This document shows positions 1-8,783 of a stretch of 64,000 bases of DNA, in pieces. The DNA comes from an uncultured virus (IMG/VR IMGVR_UViG_2061766007_000995). Lineage: Duplodnaviria > Heunggongvirae > Uroviricota > Caudoviricetes. The notes below the pieces were generated by a model. It was not told where the DNA came from. It did not search any database and saw only the letters and a list, made by a program, of their open reading frames with translations. The translations under genes and the position numbers were made by a program. How positions within the stretch are numbered: the stretch's first letter is position 1; the number at the start of each line of letters is the position of its first letter. Location of the stretch: the IMG/VR virus record IMGVR_UViG_2061766007_000995. The stretch is one strand, 5' to 3'.

Positions 1-446
1 TCCTTTGACAGCTCTTCTCTGGCCTGAACAATTGAAACAGCATTGTACTTGCCGAAAACGTCCTTTGAAACGGAAAGAAGCTGAGGAAGAATCAGCTTTT
101 CATCATAGGACATTCCAGCGTTAGTATAGATGCTTTCAACGCTTGCAGGATTCAAATGAAAATTGAGAGAAATCTTGACTTCTGCGCCCTGAATGTCTTT
201 TGAATAAACTGCCGTAGGAATTGTCCATTTTATTGTGCGGACAATCATCTTCTTTACGGTGTCAACAAAGGGAATCTTGAAATGCAAACCAGAATCCTCA
301 ACTTCAACGACCTTTCCGAAACGGAGAAGGACACCCCTCTCTCCCTGCTCGATAGTGTAGAATGAACCAGCAATCAAGCCAATGGCCAGCAGACCTCCAC
401 AGAGTTTCAGTCCAGTCTTCAATGGATTCAGTCTAATTTCCTTCAT
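1..446 (-). CDS. SPFH/band 7/prohibitin family membrane protein (3' end runs off window)
   Basis: Manual translation MKEIRLNPLKTGLKLCGGLLAIGLIAGSFYTIEQGERGVLLRFGKVVEVEDSGLHFKIPFVDTV...; N-terminal hydrophobic helix plus the SPFH-typical GERGV..RFG / GLHFKIPF motif; AGGAGG RBS at 451-457; absent from the ORF track. Confidence 0.85.
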   Translation of the reverse strand, partial: MKEIRLNPLKTGLKLCGGLLAIGLIAGSFYTIEQGERGVLLRFGKVVEVEDSGLHFKIPFVDTVKKMIVRTIKWTIPTAVYSKDIQGAEVKISLNFHLNPASVESIYTNAGMSYDEKLILPQLLSVSKDVFGKYNAVSIVQAREELSK

Positions 447-495
447 TGCATCCTCCTTTAAAAATGAGCGAACAGACTTTCCGCTCCTGCCAGCA

Positions 496-524
496 AGTCT
501 AGTCTATGTGGAGAAATCTGTCAA
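496..524 (-). promoter_or_regulatory. sigma70-type promoter TTGACA-N17-TAGACT for the SPFH gene
   Basis: Consensus -35, 17-bp spacer, TANNNT -10 on the minus strand. Confidence 0.65.
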
Positions 525-543
525 GAAAAATTTTTCGCAACAT

Positions 544-549
544 TAAATA
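544..549 (+). promoter_or_regulatory. putative gp55-type late promoter (TAAATA)
   Basis: Same hexamer precedes virion genes throughout the window; here it precedes a structured non-coding segment. Confidence 0.45.
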
Positions 550-554
550 TATGC

Positions 555-651
555 TGCCCTAGGGTTGAGAGCCTCCCGAGGTCCCACCTCCTGCCTCGGG
601 AGGCATTCCTCCTCTCCTAGACGGGAAGGACTTGTTCCTTCCCGTTCTCTT
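555..651 (+). ncRNA. candidate small RNA with anti-Shine-Dalgarno loop
   Basis: Outer stem 559-563/616-620; 11-bp perfect stem 571-581/594-604 with loop TCCCACCTCCTG; terminator-like hairpin 621-630/636-645 followed by a pyrimidine run; no ORF. Confidence 0.45.
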
Positions 652-676
652 ATTCATTTTAAAATGGAGCTTCCTG

Positions 677-682
677 TAAATA
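677..682 (+). promoter_or_regulatory. putative late promoter (TAAATA)
   Basis: GTAAATAT about 32 nt upstream of ATG 715. Confidence 0.5.
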
Positions 683-714
683 TTTCAGTATCTTTCCCTA
701 GCTAGGATATTAAC

Positions 715-1740
715 ATGTCAGAATACTACAACAAAAGACTCTGTGGCAAATACCAAGTTATCATGGAATTTCCCCAGTCACTTAGGGAACTGCTCTGGAG
801 AGTCGCGTACTTCAGACGCAATCAACGTACTTGGGATGTGCTCATAAAATCATTTAAGCCATCAACTACTCATTATGATCTTGATGAAACAATCAAGAAC
901 AATACAAAAAAGGTTCTTGAAGAACTGCTAGCTTTCTATGAATCTGCTTCAACTCTTGATCCAATTCTATGGAAATCTACAGTAGGACCAAAATTCTTTC
1001 TTCAAAAGCCTTCATACTGGCCAGCGGCAAATGTTGCACTTAATTCAAATTCAGCAAACAAGCATCCAGTATATGATACGAATTTGAGAATTGAAAGTGG
1101 TCTTCAAACTCCTTTAGATGCATCGGCCATTAAAAATGGCGTATCAACAACTAAAAAGAATGCATTAAGGATGCAGGCAGGCAATCCATTTGACTTTACA
1201 AGCGATGAAACAAAGAATGGAGTTCCAGCCGCTGAAAATCTAACGCAAGACATTCAAATGATGATTGAATCAGCAAAAATGATTCTTACATCATATGGTT
1301 CTCCATATACTACAGAACGTGGTGAAGAATGTTCAAGATGGCTTTTCAATTCAAGAAATACGGCAATGAAAGCCATTGCTCTTATTGTACAGGAATGTCC
1401 ATGGATCATTCAAGCCATAAACAGCTTTAACTTTTTCACTGCTGATATCATCAACAACATTGGAAGTTTAAAACCAGCTGGAGACTACACGCAAATCTAT
1501 GGACATTTTGAATCTTCTGATGATTCAAAGGTAGACAGTCCAAGACATCTCCTTACTCCTCTCTGGTCAACTAAAGCCAATATCAATTCTTCCCAGTTGT
1601 CTTCTCTTGAAACTCAGGGAACATTCCAAATTAGATATTTCAATTCTGAAGGAAATCCAGGCGAACCTCAGGATCTTTTGAGTATCTACTGCAATGATAC
1701 ATACGAAGCAAACTCTTTTGCAACGAATAAAACCTACTAG
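715..1740 (+). CDS. hypothetical protein, probably late/virion
   Basis: 341-aa ORF between a TAAATA box and a terminator; no recognisable motif. Confidence 0.75.
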   Translation: MSEYYNKRLCGKYQVIMEFPQSLRELLWRVAYFRRNQRTWDVLIKSFKPSTTHYDLDETIKNNTKKVLEELLAFYESASTLDPILWKSTVGPKFFLQKPSYWPAANVALNSNSANKHPVYDTNLRIESGLQTPLDASAIKNGVSTTKKNALRMQAGNPFDFTSDETKNGVPAAENLTQDIQMMIESAKMILTSYGSPYTTERGEECSRWLFNSRNTAMKAIALIVQECPWIIQAINSFNFFTADIINNIGSLKPAGDYTQIYGHFESSDDSKVDSPRHLLTPLWSTKANINSSQLSSLETQGTFQIRYFNSEGNPGEPQDLLSIYCNDTYEANSFATNKTY

Positions 1741-1765
1741 CTTGCAAAATTATTCATAACATAAT

Positions 1766-1793
1766 GAAAAGGCTGGCAATTTGCCAGCCTTTC
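1766..1793. terminator. bidirectional intrinsic terminator
   Basis: AAAGGCTGGCA/TGCCAGCCTTT hairpin between convergent genes. Confidence 0.7.
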
Positions 1794-1813
1794 TGCTATT
1801 ATGCGTCAAACTT

Positions 1814-2353
1814 TTATGGATTGGGATTGTTTATCACATTGTCTGCAAGTTGATCATTGTCAAGCACTTCGAGAATTATTCTTCCACCAATCCATGTTGC
1901 CAGAACATAGAGATGCATATTTGGATCTCCCCATTGTGGACTGATCACGTCATTGGCCCATTCTGCATTCTGAATGTTCAAGGTTATTTCCGTATCGCTT
2001 GAATTTTCCAAGTAGATTCTCTTTTGAATGAAATAGTGCTTGTCTATTTCTCCATCTTTCCATACCTTTTCAAAATTCAGCGTAATGTTTCCTTCCGCAT
2101 ATATATAGACAACTTGTTCCGAAAGCGGAGAGATTGGAATAATTCCATCATCAAAGTCTGAACTATACAACGGTTCCAGATGAAAGGAATCCATCACATA
2201 TGGCAGAGAATTCCAGCTTGTGCTTCCATCACCAACTTTGACTCTTCCATATTCATCAACGCCAAATTCTCCTTCCAAAAGCACTGGATTGAGACTTCTC
2301 CATCTTGCTGTCGTGTCATATCTGTTTTTTATTCTTGTAAGTAACTTGCTCAT
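1814..2353 (-). CDS. virion fibre/decoration protein with Mtd_N (hyaluronidase N-terminal-like) domain
   Basis: WRSLNPVLLEGEFGVD...RVKVGDGSTSWNSLPY motif; C-terminal module shared with 6492 and 42636. Confidence 0.7.
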   Translation of the reverse strand: MSKLLTRIKNRYDTTARWRSLNPVLLEGEFGVDEYGRVKVGDGSTSWNSLPYVMDSFHLEPLYSSDFDDGIIPISPLSEQVVYIYAEGNITLNFEKVWKDGEIDKHYFIQKRIYLENSSDTEITLNIQNAEWANDVISPQWGDPNMHLYVLATWIGGRIILEVLDNDQLADNVINNPNP

Positions 2354-2370
2354 ATGGCTCTCCTAGCATT

Positions 2371-2715
2371 TTATCTAGCCTTCTTTACAAAGAGATGTTC
2401 AGCTACGCTTTTTGCAACCATTTCTCCAGCATCCTTCCATAAAGACTTGTACCTTCTTATATGCTTGGAGAGAAAATCCTGCGCCTCTTTATTACGCTTT
2501 AACGCTTCATCATCAATTGGACTTCTTCTTGCCAGAGTTCCTAGTGGAAGTACAACTCCTCCAATATCAGATGTAGTGACAGAAGCCACACCTATGCCGC
2601 TGGAAGACATGTCTTCCAGCACATCTTCTATATATACAGCTTCTTCTACAATGGATTCAAGCGTACTTAACAGATTAATGTATTCTGCAAAACTTGGCAG
2701 ACTCATTTCACACAT
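2371..2715 (-). CDS. hypothetical protein
   Basis: 114-aa ORF behind a TAAATA box, co-oriented with 1814. Confidence 0.6.
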   Translation of the reverse strand: MCEMSLPSFAEYINLLSTLESIVEEAVYIEDVLEDMSSSGIGVASVTTSDIGGVVLPLGTLARRSPIDDEALKRNKEAQDFLSKHIRRYKSLWKDAGEMVAKSVAEHLFVKKAR

Positions 2716-2729
2716 AAACGCTGTCTAGA

Positions 2730-2735
2730 TATTTA
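2730..2735 (-). promoter_or_regulatory. putative late promoter (TAAATA)
   Basis: TAAATA on minus strand 14 nt upstream of ATG 2715. Confidence 0.5.
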
Positions 2736-2771
2736 TCGTCTTATCTACAGATAAACTTTATTAAAATTTAC

Positions 2772-2927
2772 TGGCCATGGCTGAACGAAGTGAAGCCATG
2801 GCCATCGAGAATGCGTCAGCATTCTCGATTAATAAGAACTTGAAGATTTTTTCTTCATTCCTTCAATTTTCTCCATTGATGCCGCTGACGCGGCATTGCT
2901 GGCGCTTCACTGCGTTTCGCGCCAGCA
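2772..2927. repeat. four hairpins arranged as two inverted double-hairpin units
   Basis: HP1 2772-2782/2794-2804 loop GAACGAAGTGA; HP2 2804-2814/2819-2829 loop GTCA; HP3 2879-2885/2890-2896 loop TGAC; HP4 2897-2905/2919-2927 loop TTCACTGCGTTTC. Confidence 0.85.
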
Positions 2928-2967
2928 TCTCCTTTCTGCTCTATAAAAAATTTTTTCTCTCCTCTCT

Positions 2968-3077
2968 ATTAAGATCAATTAGAGCTGCTTTTTCCGGAAA
3001 GTGGCAAATAGATATGTGTCCTGGTGGCATCATGCGTCTTTATCTCCATTAAGATCAATTAGGCATGCTTTTTTCGG
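2968..3077. repeat. two 30-bp direct repeats 80 bp apart (iteron-like)
   Basis: ATTAAGATCAATTAGagcTGCTTTTTcCGG (2968-2997) vs ATTAAGATCAATTAGgcaTGCTTTTTtCGG (3048-3077), 26/30 identical. Confidence 0.8.
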
Positions 3078-3133
3078 CAACCCGATTGACAAATTTCCAG
3101 CCGTATGAGAAACTTGCTTGAGGAGGATGACTC

Positions 3134-3367
3134 ATGCCAAGGGAAAGACGTTCAGCGATGGAGAAGCTTCCTTTCAAGCCATCGCCTATGGAATTGGAGC
3201 ATGAAACCGCTTGTGATTTCGAGTGGCTTGGATGGAAAGATGCTCCTTCAAGATACTGGCCAATTGAGTCGGCGGCTTCATTTGATTTGGAACCGAATTG
3301 TCCAGCTAACTTTAAAAAGATAAGTCAACTGGAAACTGCAATGCAAAAGCTTATGTCATTGACTTAG
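3134..3367 (+). CDS. small hypothetical protein upstream of the TV-Pol-like gene
   Basis: GAGGAGG RBS at ~3120-3126; stop 9 nt before the next ATG; TTGACA at 3086. Confidence 0.65.
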   Translation: MPRERRSAMEKLPFKPSPMELEHETACDFEWLGWKDAPSRYWPIESAASFDLEPNCPANFKKISQLETAMQKLMSLT

Positions 3368-3376
3368 GAGAATGTC

Positions 3377-5587
3377 ATGAGTAGTTTTAGCAGTCCATTT
3401 GCCACGGATGAAAACTTTAGGCTAGATGGAGAATGGACGCTGGAACGTTTTTCCAGCGAAGTTTTCATCTCTTCAAAAGAGAGCGATGAAATGGAATCTA
3501 ATCTTTCGGATGAAGAAATTGCTCTTTCAACTAAAATGTGGCGCGATGAAATTCCATCCGAGTTTTATCCGAAGTCTCTTTTCAATCCATTGCTGGATGG
3601 TGATATCTATGAATATGGATGCACAAAGATAGTTGTTTGTCCAGAAATCTTCATGGAACTTGGATGTCTTAAAGAGGATGCCGCCAGACTTCTTGATGGC
3701 CATGGATATACAAAATTCTGGCAGCAGTGGAAAATAAGAAATGCCATTGTATCTGCTGCCATGGTTTCAAGCGTTGCATTGGCTCTTGCCTATGCCAGTC
3801 CAAATGCAGTTGAAAAGTCATTTTCATTGGGAAACTGTCTTCCAAGAAGCATTCTGTATCCATTTACAGGAAGAGAGGGCAAGGGATGCAGGCATCTTAT
3901 CAAAGATCCACCTATTCTAAAGGAAGAGTACAATGTCAGCATGTTCAATACCTTGGCTTTTATTGAACGTTCTGAAAAAATGTCTTCCGAGGAACGTTGG
4001 GCCAATGGAAATTTTTCTGGAAGCTATTTGAATGTTCAGAAGAGAATATGCAACATAACTAAAACAGATACAGCATTCGATTCTTCAAATCATACCTGGA
4101 AAAATGAAAAGCGATGGATTGGACGCCAAAATCTCTATTGTGCCACATCTGCAATGAAGCGTCTAGTCCATTTAGCTCGACTCGGTAGACTTCATTTTGT
4201 TGAGTTTGACTGCAAAAAACTCAAGCAATGGTTTATTGACAAATACGTTGATTCTGCATCAGGAAAGCTTAAAAAGGGAGCAAAAATCAATGCTAGAAAA
4301 GACTTTCCAGAAATATGGAAGAAATGGACTGGGTTGAGGCCTGCAGGCAAGGTCAACGCGAATGTTGAACAATTTTCAAGCATATCATATGCCATGAAAA
4401 AACATGCATTGGACATTCTTTCAGGAAATCTTGTATGGACAACTCATCTTGAAAAAATTGTCAGAGGTCTGTTTATTGGTTCCAATTGCGGAGCTACAAT
4501 GTATGAATTTGTTAAAAAGCCATCATTGTCTGCATTTTCAAGACCTCTTATTCTAGTCAATGAACGTCCTAGACCATGTTTCATTTCTTCAAATGAAATT
4601 GAAGTAAATGTAGAATTTAATAGAAGAGAAGTTGAAAATGCGTTAAACAGCCACTCTACTGAACTTGAGCGTGGTGCGATTGGACAGCTTCAGGCCATGC
4701 TGGCTGATGGAAAAAGGGATGGAGAAAAATGCTGGATGAGGTTTCATTTTAGAAGAAGAAGACATGGAAGATTTTATGGACATGGAAATTCCATACAGAT
4801 GCTTCCAAAATGGTTGAGAAAAAAGATATTTTCTTCCTATGCATCTCTTGATCTTAACTGCGCCATATTTTCCATATTGAAAAATCAGCTTGTAGACTAT
4901 AGATATGAGGGTTCAACAAATGAAATAGATGAAATGGTTCGAGACAAGGAAGGCTATAGACAGTCTCTTGTGGACAGCTCTCTTGCTATTTCTGTTGAAG
5001 ATGTCAAGCATCTATTGACAATGATTGGATATGGATGTACAATGAACGTCAAGAGAATTGTTGATGCGGCCGAATGGAATTGGCTTGTTGAAATCTATGG
5101 CATTGAACCTACTCTATATGAAACATATAGATATTCTCCTGGTTCGGCTCTAGCTAAAGGCGTTAATGATCCAGAACGTCTAATGCAGATTGCCGAATGG
5201 GCTTCAAATCCCAAGGTATTGAAGCTATGGAATGAAATGCAGGAAGGTGGAAGCTTTCTGTTCAAGAAAATGAAGCATGTATCTGGAGGACGTCCAGTTC
5301 TTTCCAATGCCTGGGGTGAAGAAATGGATGTTAAATCTAAACGTGTTACCTTTGGACAGAAACTCGCTCATATCTATCAGGGAGCAGAATCAATGCTTCT
5401 TTGGAAAATAATGGATGGATTTGATGCTGGAAGTGGTCCAGTTAAAAATTCGCTGTATGGCTTTGGCATTCCAATGCATGATGGATTTGGACTGCATAAG
5501 AGCATAGCTGATTATAATTCATCATTAGCCATAGAGAAATATGTTCATGAAAACGTCGGATGGAATTTAAAGTATGAGTGTGAATAG
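3377..5587 (+). CDS. family A DNA polymerase/T7 RNA polymerase superfamily protein (TV-Pol-like)
   Basis: Ordered palm/fingers motifs: HGRFYG..SIQMLPKWLRKKIF; motif A YASLDLNCA; motif B VKHLLTMIGYG; LAHIYQGAES; motif C IPMHDGF. The ~450-aa N-terminus is unrecognised. Confidence 0.65.
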   Translation: MSSFSSPFATDENFRLDGEWTLERFSSEVFISSKESDEMESNLSDEEIALSTKMWRDEIPSEFYPKSLFNPLLDGDIYEYGCTKIVVCPEIFMELGCLKEDAARLLDGHGYTKFWQQWKIRNAIVSAAMVSSVALALAYASPNAVEKSFSLGNCLPRSILYPFTGREGKGCRHLIKDPPILKEEYNVSMFNTLAFIERSEKMSSEERWANGNFSGSYLNVQKRICNITKTDTAFDSSNHTWKNEKRWIGRQNLYCATSAMKRLVHLARLGRLHFVEFDCKKLKQWFIDKYVDSASGKLKKGAKINARKDFPEIWKKWTGLRPAGKVNANVEQFSSISYAMKKHALDILSGNLVWTTHLEKIVRGLFIGSNCGATMYEFVKKPSLSAFSRPLILVNERPRPCFISSNEIEVNVEFNRREVENALNSHSTELERGAIGQLQAMLADGKRDGEKCWMRFHFRRRRHGRFYGHGNSIQMLPKWLRKKIFSSYASLDLNCAIFSILKNQLVDYRYEGSTNEIDEMVRDKEGYRQSLVDSSLAISVEDVKHLLTMIGYGCTMNVKRIVDAAEWNWLVEIYGIEPTLYETYRYSPGSALAKGVNDPERLMQIAEWASNPKVLKLWNEMQEGGSFLFKKMKHVSGGRPVLSNAWGEEMDVKSKRVTFGQKLAHIYQGAESMLLWKIMDGFDAGSGPVKNSLYGFGIPMHDGFGLHKSIADYNSSLAIEKYVHENVGWNLKYECE

Positions 5588-5595
5588 GAGGGTTA

Positions 5596-6078
5596 ATGAA
5601 AACGAATTTTGAAACAGAAGATGCAAAGCTTGAATGCTGCATTATTGAAGGGCGAAAAGGGAAATTTCCACTCAAGGCGCATCCTGATGATGCTGGATTT
5701 GACTTTTTTGCTCCTCTTGACATGGAAGAAGTGGAATTAAAACCTGGAGAAGACTATGTTGTACAGACTGGCGTAAGAGTTGGAGTTCCAAAGGGATGGG
5801 CCCTGCTTGGAGTAAACAAGTCTGGAGTCGCTACTAAAAAGAAGCTTACGCTTGGAGCAAAATTGATAGATGCTGGTTATACCGGAGAGCTTGGCATTCA
5901 TCTTGTCAACATTGGAACAAAAATTGCTAAAATAAGTCCTGGAGACAAGATTGCCCAGTTTGTCATGATTCCAATTGGAATCTCTACAGTTGAAGAATTA
6001 ACAGAAGAAGAATATTGGAGGAGAAACAGTGACACCGAAAGAGGCTGCGGAGGCTTTGGATCTACTGGAGAAAAATAG
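5596..6078 (+). CDS. dut: dUTPase (trimeric)
   Basis: DAGFDF, NKSG, IDAGYTGE, GDKIAQF, RGCGGFGSTG motifs. Confidence 0.95.
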   Translation: MKTNFETEDAKLECCIIEGRKGKFPLKAHPDDAGFDFFAPLDMEEVELKPGEDYVVQTGVRVGVPKGWALLGVNKSGVATKKKLTLGAKLIDAGYTGELGIHLVNIGTKIAKISPGDKIAQFVMIPIGISTVEELTEEEYWRRNSDTERGCGGFGSTGEK

Positions 6079-6433
6079 ATCCGTCTGGGAAAGTGGTGGA
6101 TGTTCCAATTCGAAGGAAAGTGAAGAAGGCACAATACCAGAAGAATATTCAGACTGCAAAGTATATCATATAGACATTTTATGCTGGTTTGGAAACGATC
6201 CATATCAGTTTAAAATTACAACTCTGCTTACTGATGCTGAAGCGTATGCCGCTTCAAACAAGATGGCTGGAGTTATGTATGAACTTGTGAAGACTGGACA
6301 GTCTTCATTTTCAATCAAACTAAGAGGAATGAATGGAAGCGTTGTTTCAAGAGTGTTTACAAACGTAGTATATATTGAGCATGACATTCCAGCATTCAAG
6401 GAAGTTGCTGAAGATGAATCTGTAGAGGAATAG
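6029..6433 (+). CDS. hypothetical protein (start uncertain)
   Basis: 134-aa ORF overlapping the dut 3' end. Confidence 0.55.
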   Translation: MTPKEAAEALDLLEKNRSVWESGGCSNSKESEEGTIPEEYSDCKVYHIDILCWFGNDPYQFKITTLLTDAEAYAASNKMAGVMYELVKTGQSSFSIKLRGMNGSVVSRVFTNVVYIEHDIPAFKEVAEDESVEE

Positions 6434-6461
6434 CACAAATAATGGTTCCAGCAGACAAAAA

Positions 6462-6467
6462 TAAATA
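6462..6467 (+). promoter_or_regulatory. putative late promoter (TAAATA)
   Basis: ATAAATAT 24 nt upstream of ATG 6492. Confidence 0.55.
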
Positions 6468-6491
6468 TTTCAGCAGTTAGATGCAAGCAGA

Positions 6492-7637
6492 ATGAATGAA
6501 CAAACAACAGCATTAATAGAAAATCAGCTAGACAGCTATCGTCTGCTGGAACCAATCAAAATAAGCGATACAGTCCATTCCTGGCTGAATATGCTCAATC
6601 GTATTGTTGACATATGCAGTATTGTTGGACATCCAGAAGAAGACAAGACTCTTAGACGATATTCCAACGTCTTTGGATTTATGACTTCTGAAGACAAACT
6701 CTATCTCGATGGAGTGAAATGGGGTCTTTATCCAAAAGTTAAGGATGAAGATGACAATCCAATTCAGGCCGTTGACATTGAAGCTAGAAAATTCAATATT
6801 CTTCATTCTTCTTCTAAAACTGCGAAAGTTTTTACGTCGGATGCGTCAATAAGCACTAGCAGTGGAAGAATTCCAGTTAATCAGGATTCAGTTGATGTTC
6901 AATGCATTAATGCCAGATCTGACGTATTGATGGAATTGACAGCTAATCCAGATTCCAACTGGTATTCCGAGAAGTTGATTTCAATTAAGGCTCTTGAAGA
7001 AGTGCGGATACAGTATTCAGGCAATGATTTTAGTTTTGTCAACAATTCGATATATCCTAATGTTGAGTGGTCTGAAAATGGAGTTCCACAAAGCACTCTT
7101 CTGCTGAAAGGAACTTTCATTGTATACAGGGCTACATTCATTCATTCAAGAATTCTGCTTGAAATTGTTGAAAATACTCAAATTATTGACAATTATAAGG
7201 CCGCTTCTGCCAAGCATGACAATTTAAGCTTTAATGGAGACATTGCTTTTGATGCTGATGCAAAAGTTTTAGATACATTGACAAAGATGGCCAACGGAGA
7301 AGCGGAAAGCAAAACTTTCTATCTCCATCATGATGGAGTTGTTTCTTCTGTTGCAGACATGCAAAGATGTGCGGCTACATTTGAAATGAATTATGTGATG
7401 GGAGAAAACGCTCAGTGGGATTCTGTTACATTAAGGTGCAGACCTGCCGATTCCAATGCATTCCTTGAATCTGATTTGATGGAACTTCAAAATGGTCGTC
7501 ATTTGGTTCAGATGTGGACAAAAGATAGAACTATGGTAGTCAAAGTTGACTATGCAGTGAATATGATGGCCAGAACAATTTCCATTCTTGGATTTAGCGT
7601 TATTGCAATGAATAGTGGTCGAACTTATGATGAATGA
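6492..7637 (+). CDS. putative virion fibre/structural protein
   Basis: N-terminal DTVHSWLNMLNRIVD resembles TIFRVWLEEINGIID of 42636; central module shared with 1814 and 42636; TAAATA box upstream. Confidence 0.55.
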   Translation: MNEQTTALIENQLDSYRLLEPIKISDTVHSWLNMLNRIVDICSIVGHPEEDKTLRRYSNVFGFMTSEDKLYLDGVKWGLYPKVKDEDDNPIQAVDIEARKFNILHSSSKTAKVFTSDASISTSSGRIPVNQDSVDVQCINARSDVLMELTANPDSNWYSEKLISIKALEEVRIQYSGNDFSFVNNSIYPNVEWSENGVPQSTLLLKGTFIVYRATFIHSRILLEIVENTQIIDNYKAASAKHDNLSFNGDIAFDADAKVLDTLTKMANGEAESKTFYLHHDGVVSSVADMQRCAATFEMNYVMGENAQWDSVTLRCRPADSNAFLESDLMELQNGRHLVQMWTKDRTMVVKVDYAVNMMARTISILGFSVIAMNSGRTYDE

Positions 7638-8121
7638 TATTCTTCTTAATGAAGTCTATGACTTTGAATTTAAGAACAGATGGAAGTCTGGAACCAGATT
7701 TATTCTTAATTCGGCCTGGCAGGGAAAGCTTGATACTGTTCAAAATCAAGCTAATACGAAATATCTCAGAAGAAAGATGATAGATGAATTAAGTCTTGAA
7801 GTTCTATCTATAACTGGAAAATATCTTGAATCTCTTGATCCAGTGGAATGCATGGTGTCATTTCCTCCAGATCATATAGACAATGAAATGATAAGACGAT
7901 TTTTCTACTACTATGGACGAAAATTTCAGCAAAATGCCATTATCTTTGTAGATGAAAGAGACATAATATGGACTCTTCCAACAAGACCATCTTCAACTTT
8001 TGGACCCATTGGACGCCTTATCAAAGGTTCAAAATTCATGATTCAGAATTTTTCTAATCTTGTTTCAAAGTTTATGCAACTTACTTATGAAATAGATCGG
8101 GTTAAGATTCCAACAAACTAA
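7615..8121 (+). CDS. hypothetical protein
   Basis: 168-aa ORF coupled to the upstream gene. Confidence 0.6.
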   Translation: MVELMMNDILLNEVYDFEFKNRWKSGTRFILNSAWQGKLDTVQNQANTKYLRRKMIDELSLEVLSITGKYLESLDPVECMVSFPPDHIDNEMIRRFFYYYGRKFQQNAIIFVDERDIIWTLPTRPSSTFGPIGRLIKGSKFMIQNFSNLVSKFMQLTYEIDRVKIPTN

Positions 8122-8180
8122 TTTTTTGCTTGCATTTTTCTGCGACATGATATATTTTCTTTACATGGAGGAAAGCTGAA

Positions 8181-8783
8181 ATGGCAGGAAAACGTGTGTC
8201 GCATAATTATGTCAATAATAAGGAATTTTATGAAGAGCTTGTAAAATGGCGCAATTCTGGCCAGGAAAAAATTCCAGACAAGATTGCACTTGCAATTATG
8301 CGTATCTGTGAAAATCTGGCTAGATCTGGGCGATTTGCAGGCTATACTTGGCGTCAGGAAATGATTTCGGATGCAATATTGGCCTGCATCCAGTTTTGTC
8401 GCAATTTTAACCCGGAGAAATCACAAAATCCATTTGCATTCTATACGCAGATTGCGTACAATGCTTTTGTGGCTAGAATTAAGACGGAAAAGGAGAAGCT
8501 TAATACCCATCTTGAATATCGAAGACAGCTTGAAATTCTTTATGACATTCCAACTGAAACTGATGATGAAGAAAATTCCAAGTACAATGCAATTAATGCA
8601 AGAAACAAGTCCTATATGGATACAATAGCGAAAGGACCAAAAAAGCAGCCCTTCTATAGGAAGGGATATTCAAAAGCTCAAAGAGAAAAGCTTGAGGCGG
8701 CTAGAAAAAACAAGCCAAAAACTATTGAAGATTTTCTTTCTGATGATGGAGAAGAAAATGGACAGATGGAAACGAACGTCTAA
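8181..8783 (+). CDS. 55: T4-like late-transcription sigma factor gp55
   Basis: NYVNNKEFYEEL..W; I..AIM.I.ENL....F.GYTW..EMI.DAI; FNPEKSQNPFAFYTQIAYNAF..RI..EK. Confidence 0.92.
   Translation: MAGKRVSHNYVNNKEFYEELVKWRNSGQEKIPDKIALAIMRICENLARSGRFAGYTWRQEMISDAILACIQFCRNFNPEKSQNPFAFYTQIAYNAFVARIKTEKEKLNTHLEYRRQLEILYDIPTETDDEENSKYNAINARNKSYMDTIAKGPKKQPFYRKGYSKAQREKLEAARKNKPKTIEDFLSDDGEENGQMETNV

Noticed and set aside
2777..3052. 91-aa ORF across the hairpin region
   Set aside because: No RBS, and it runs through palindromes and repeats; better explained as non-coding structure
2968..3077. Mini CRISPR array
   Set aside because: Only two imperfect repeats with a 50-bp spacer and no cas genes; iteron or operator is more plausible
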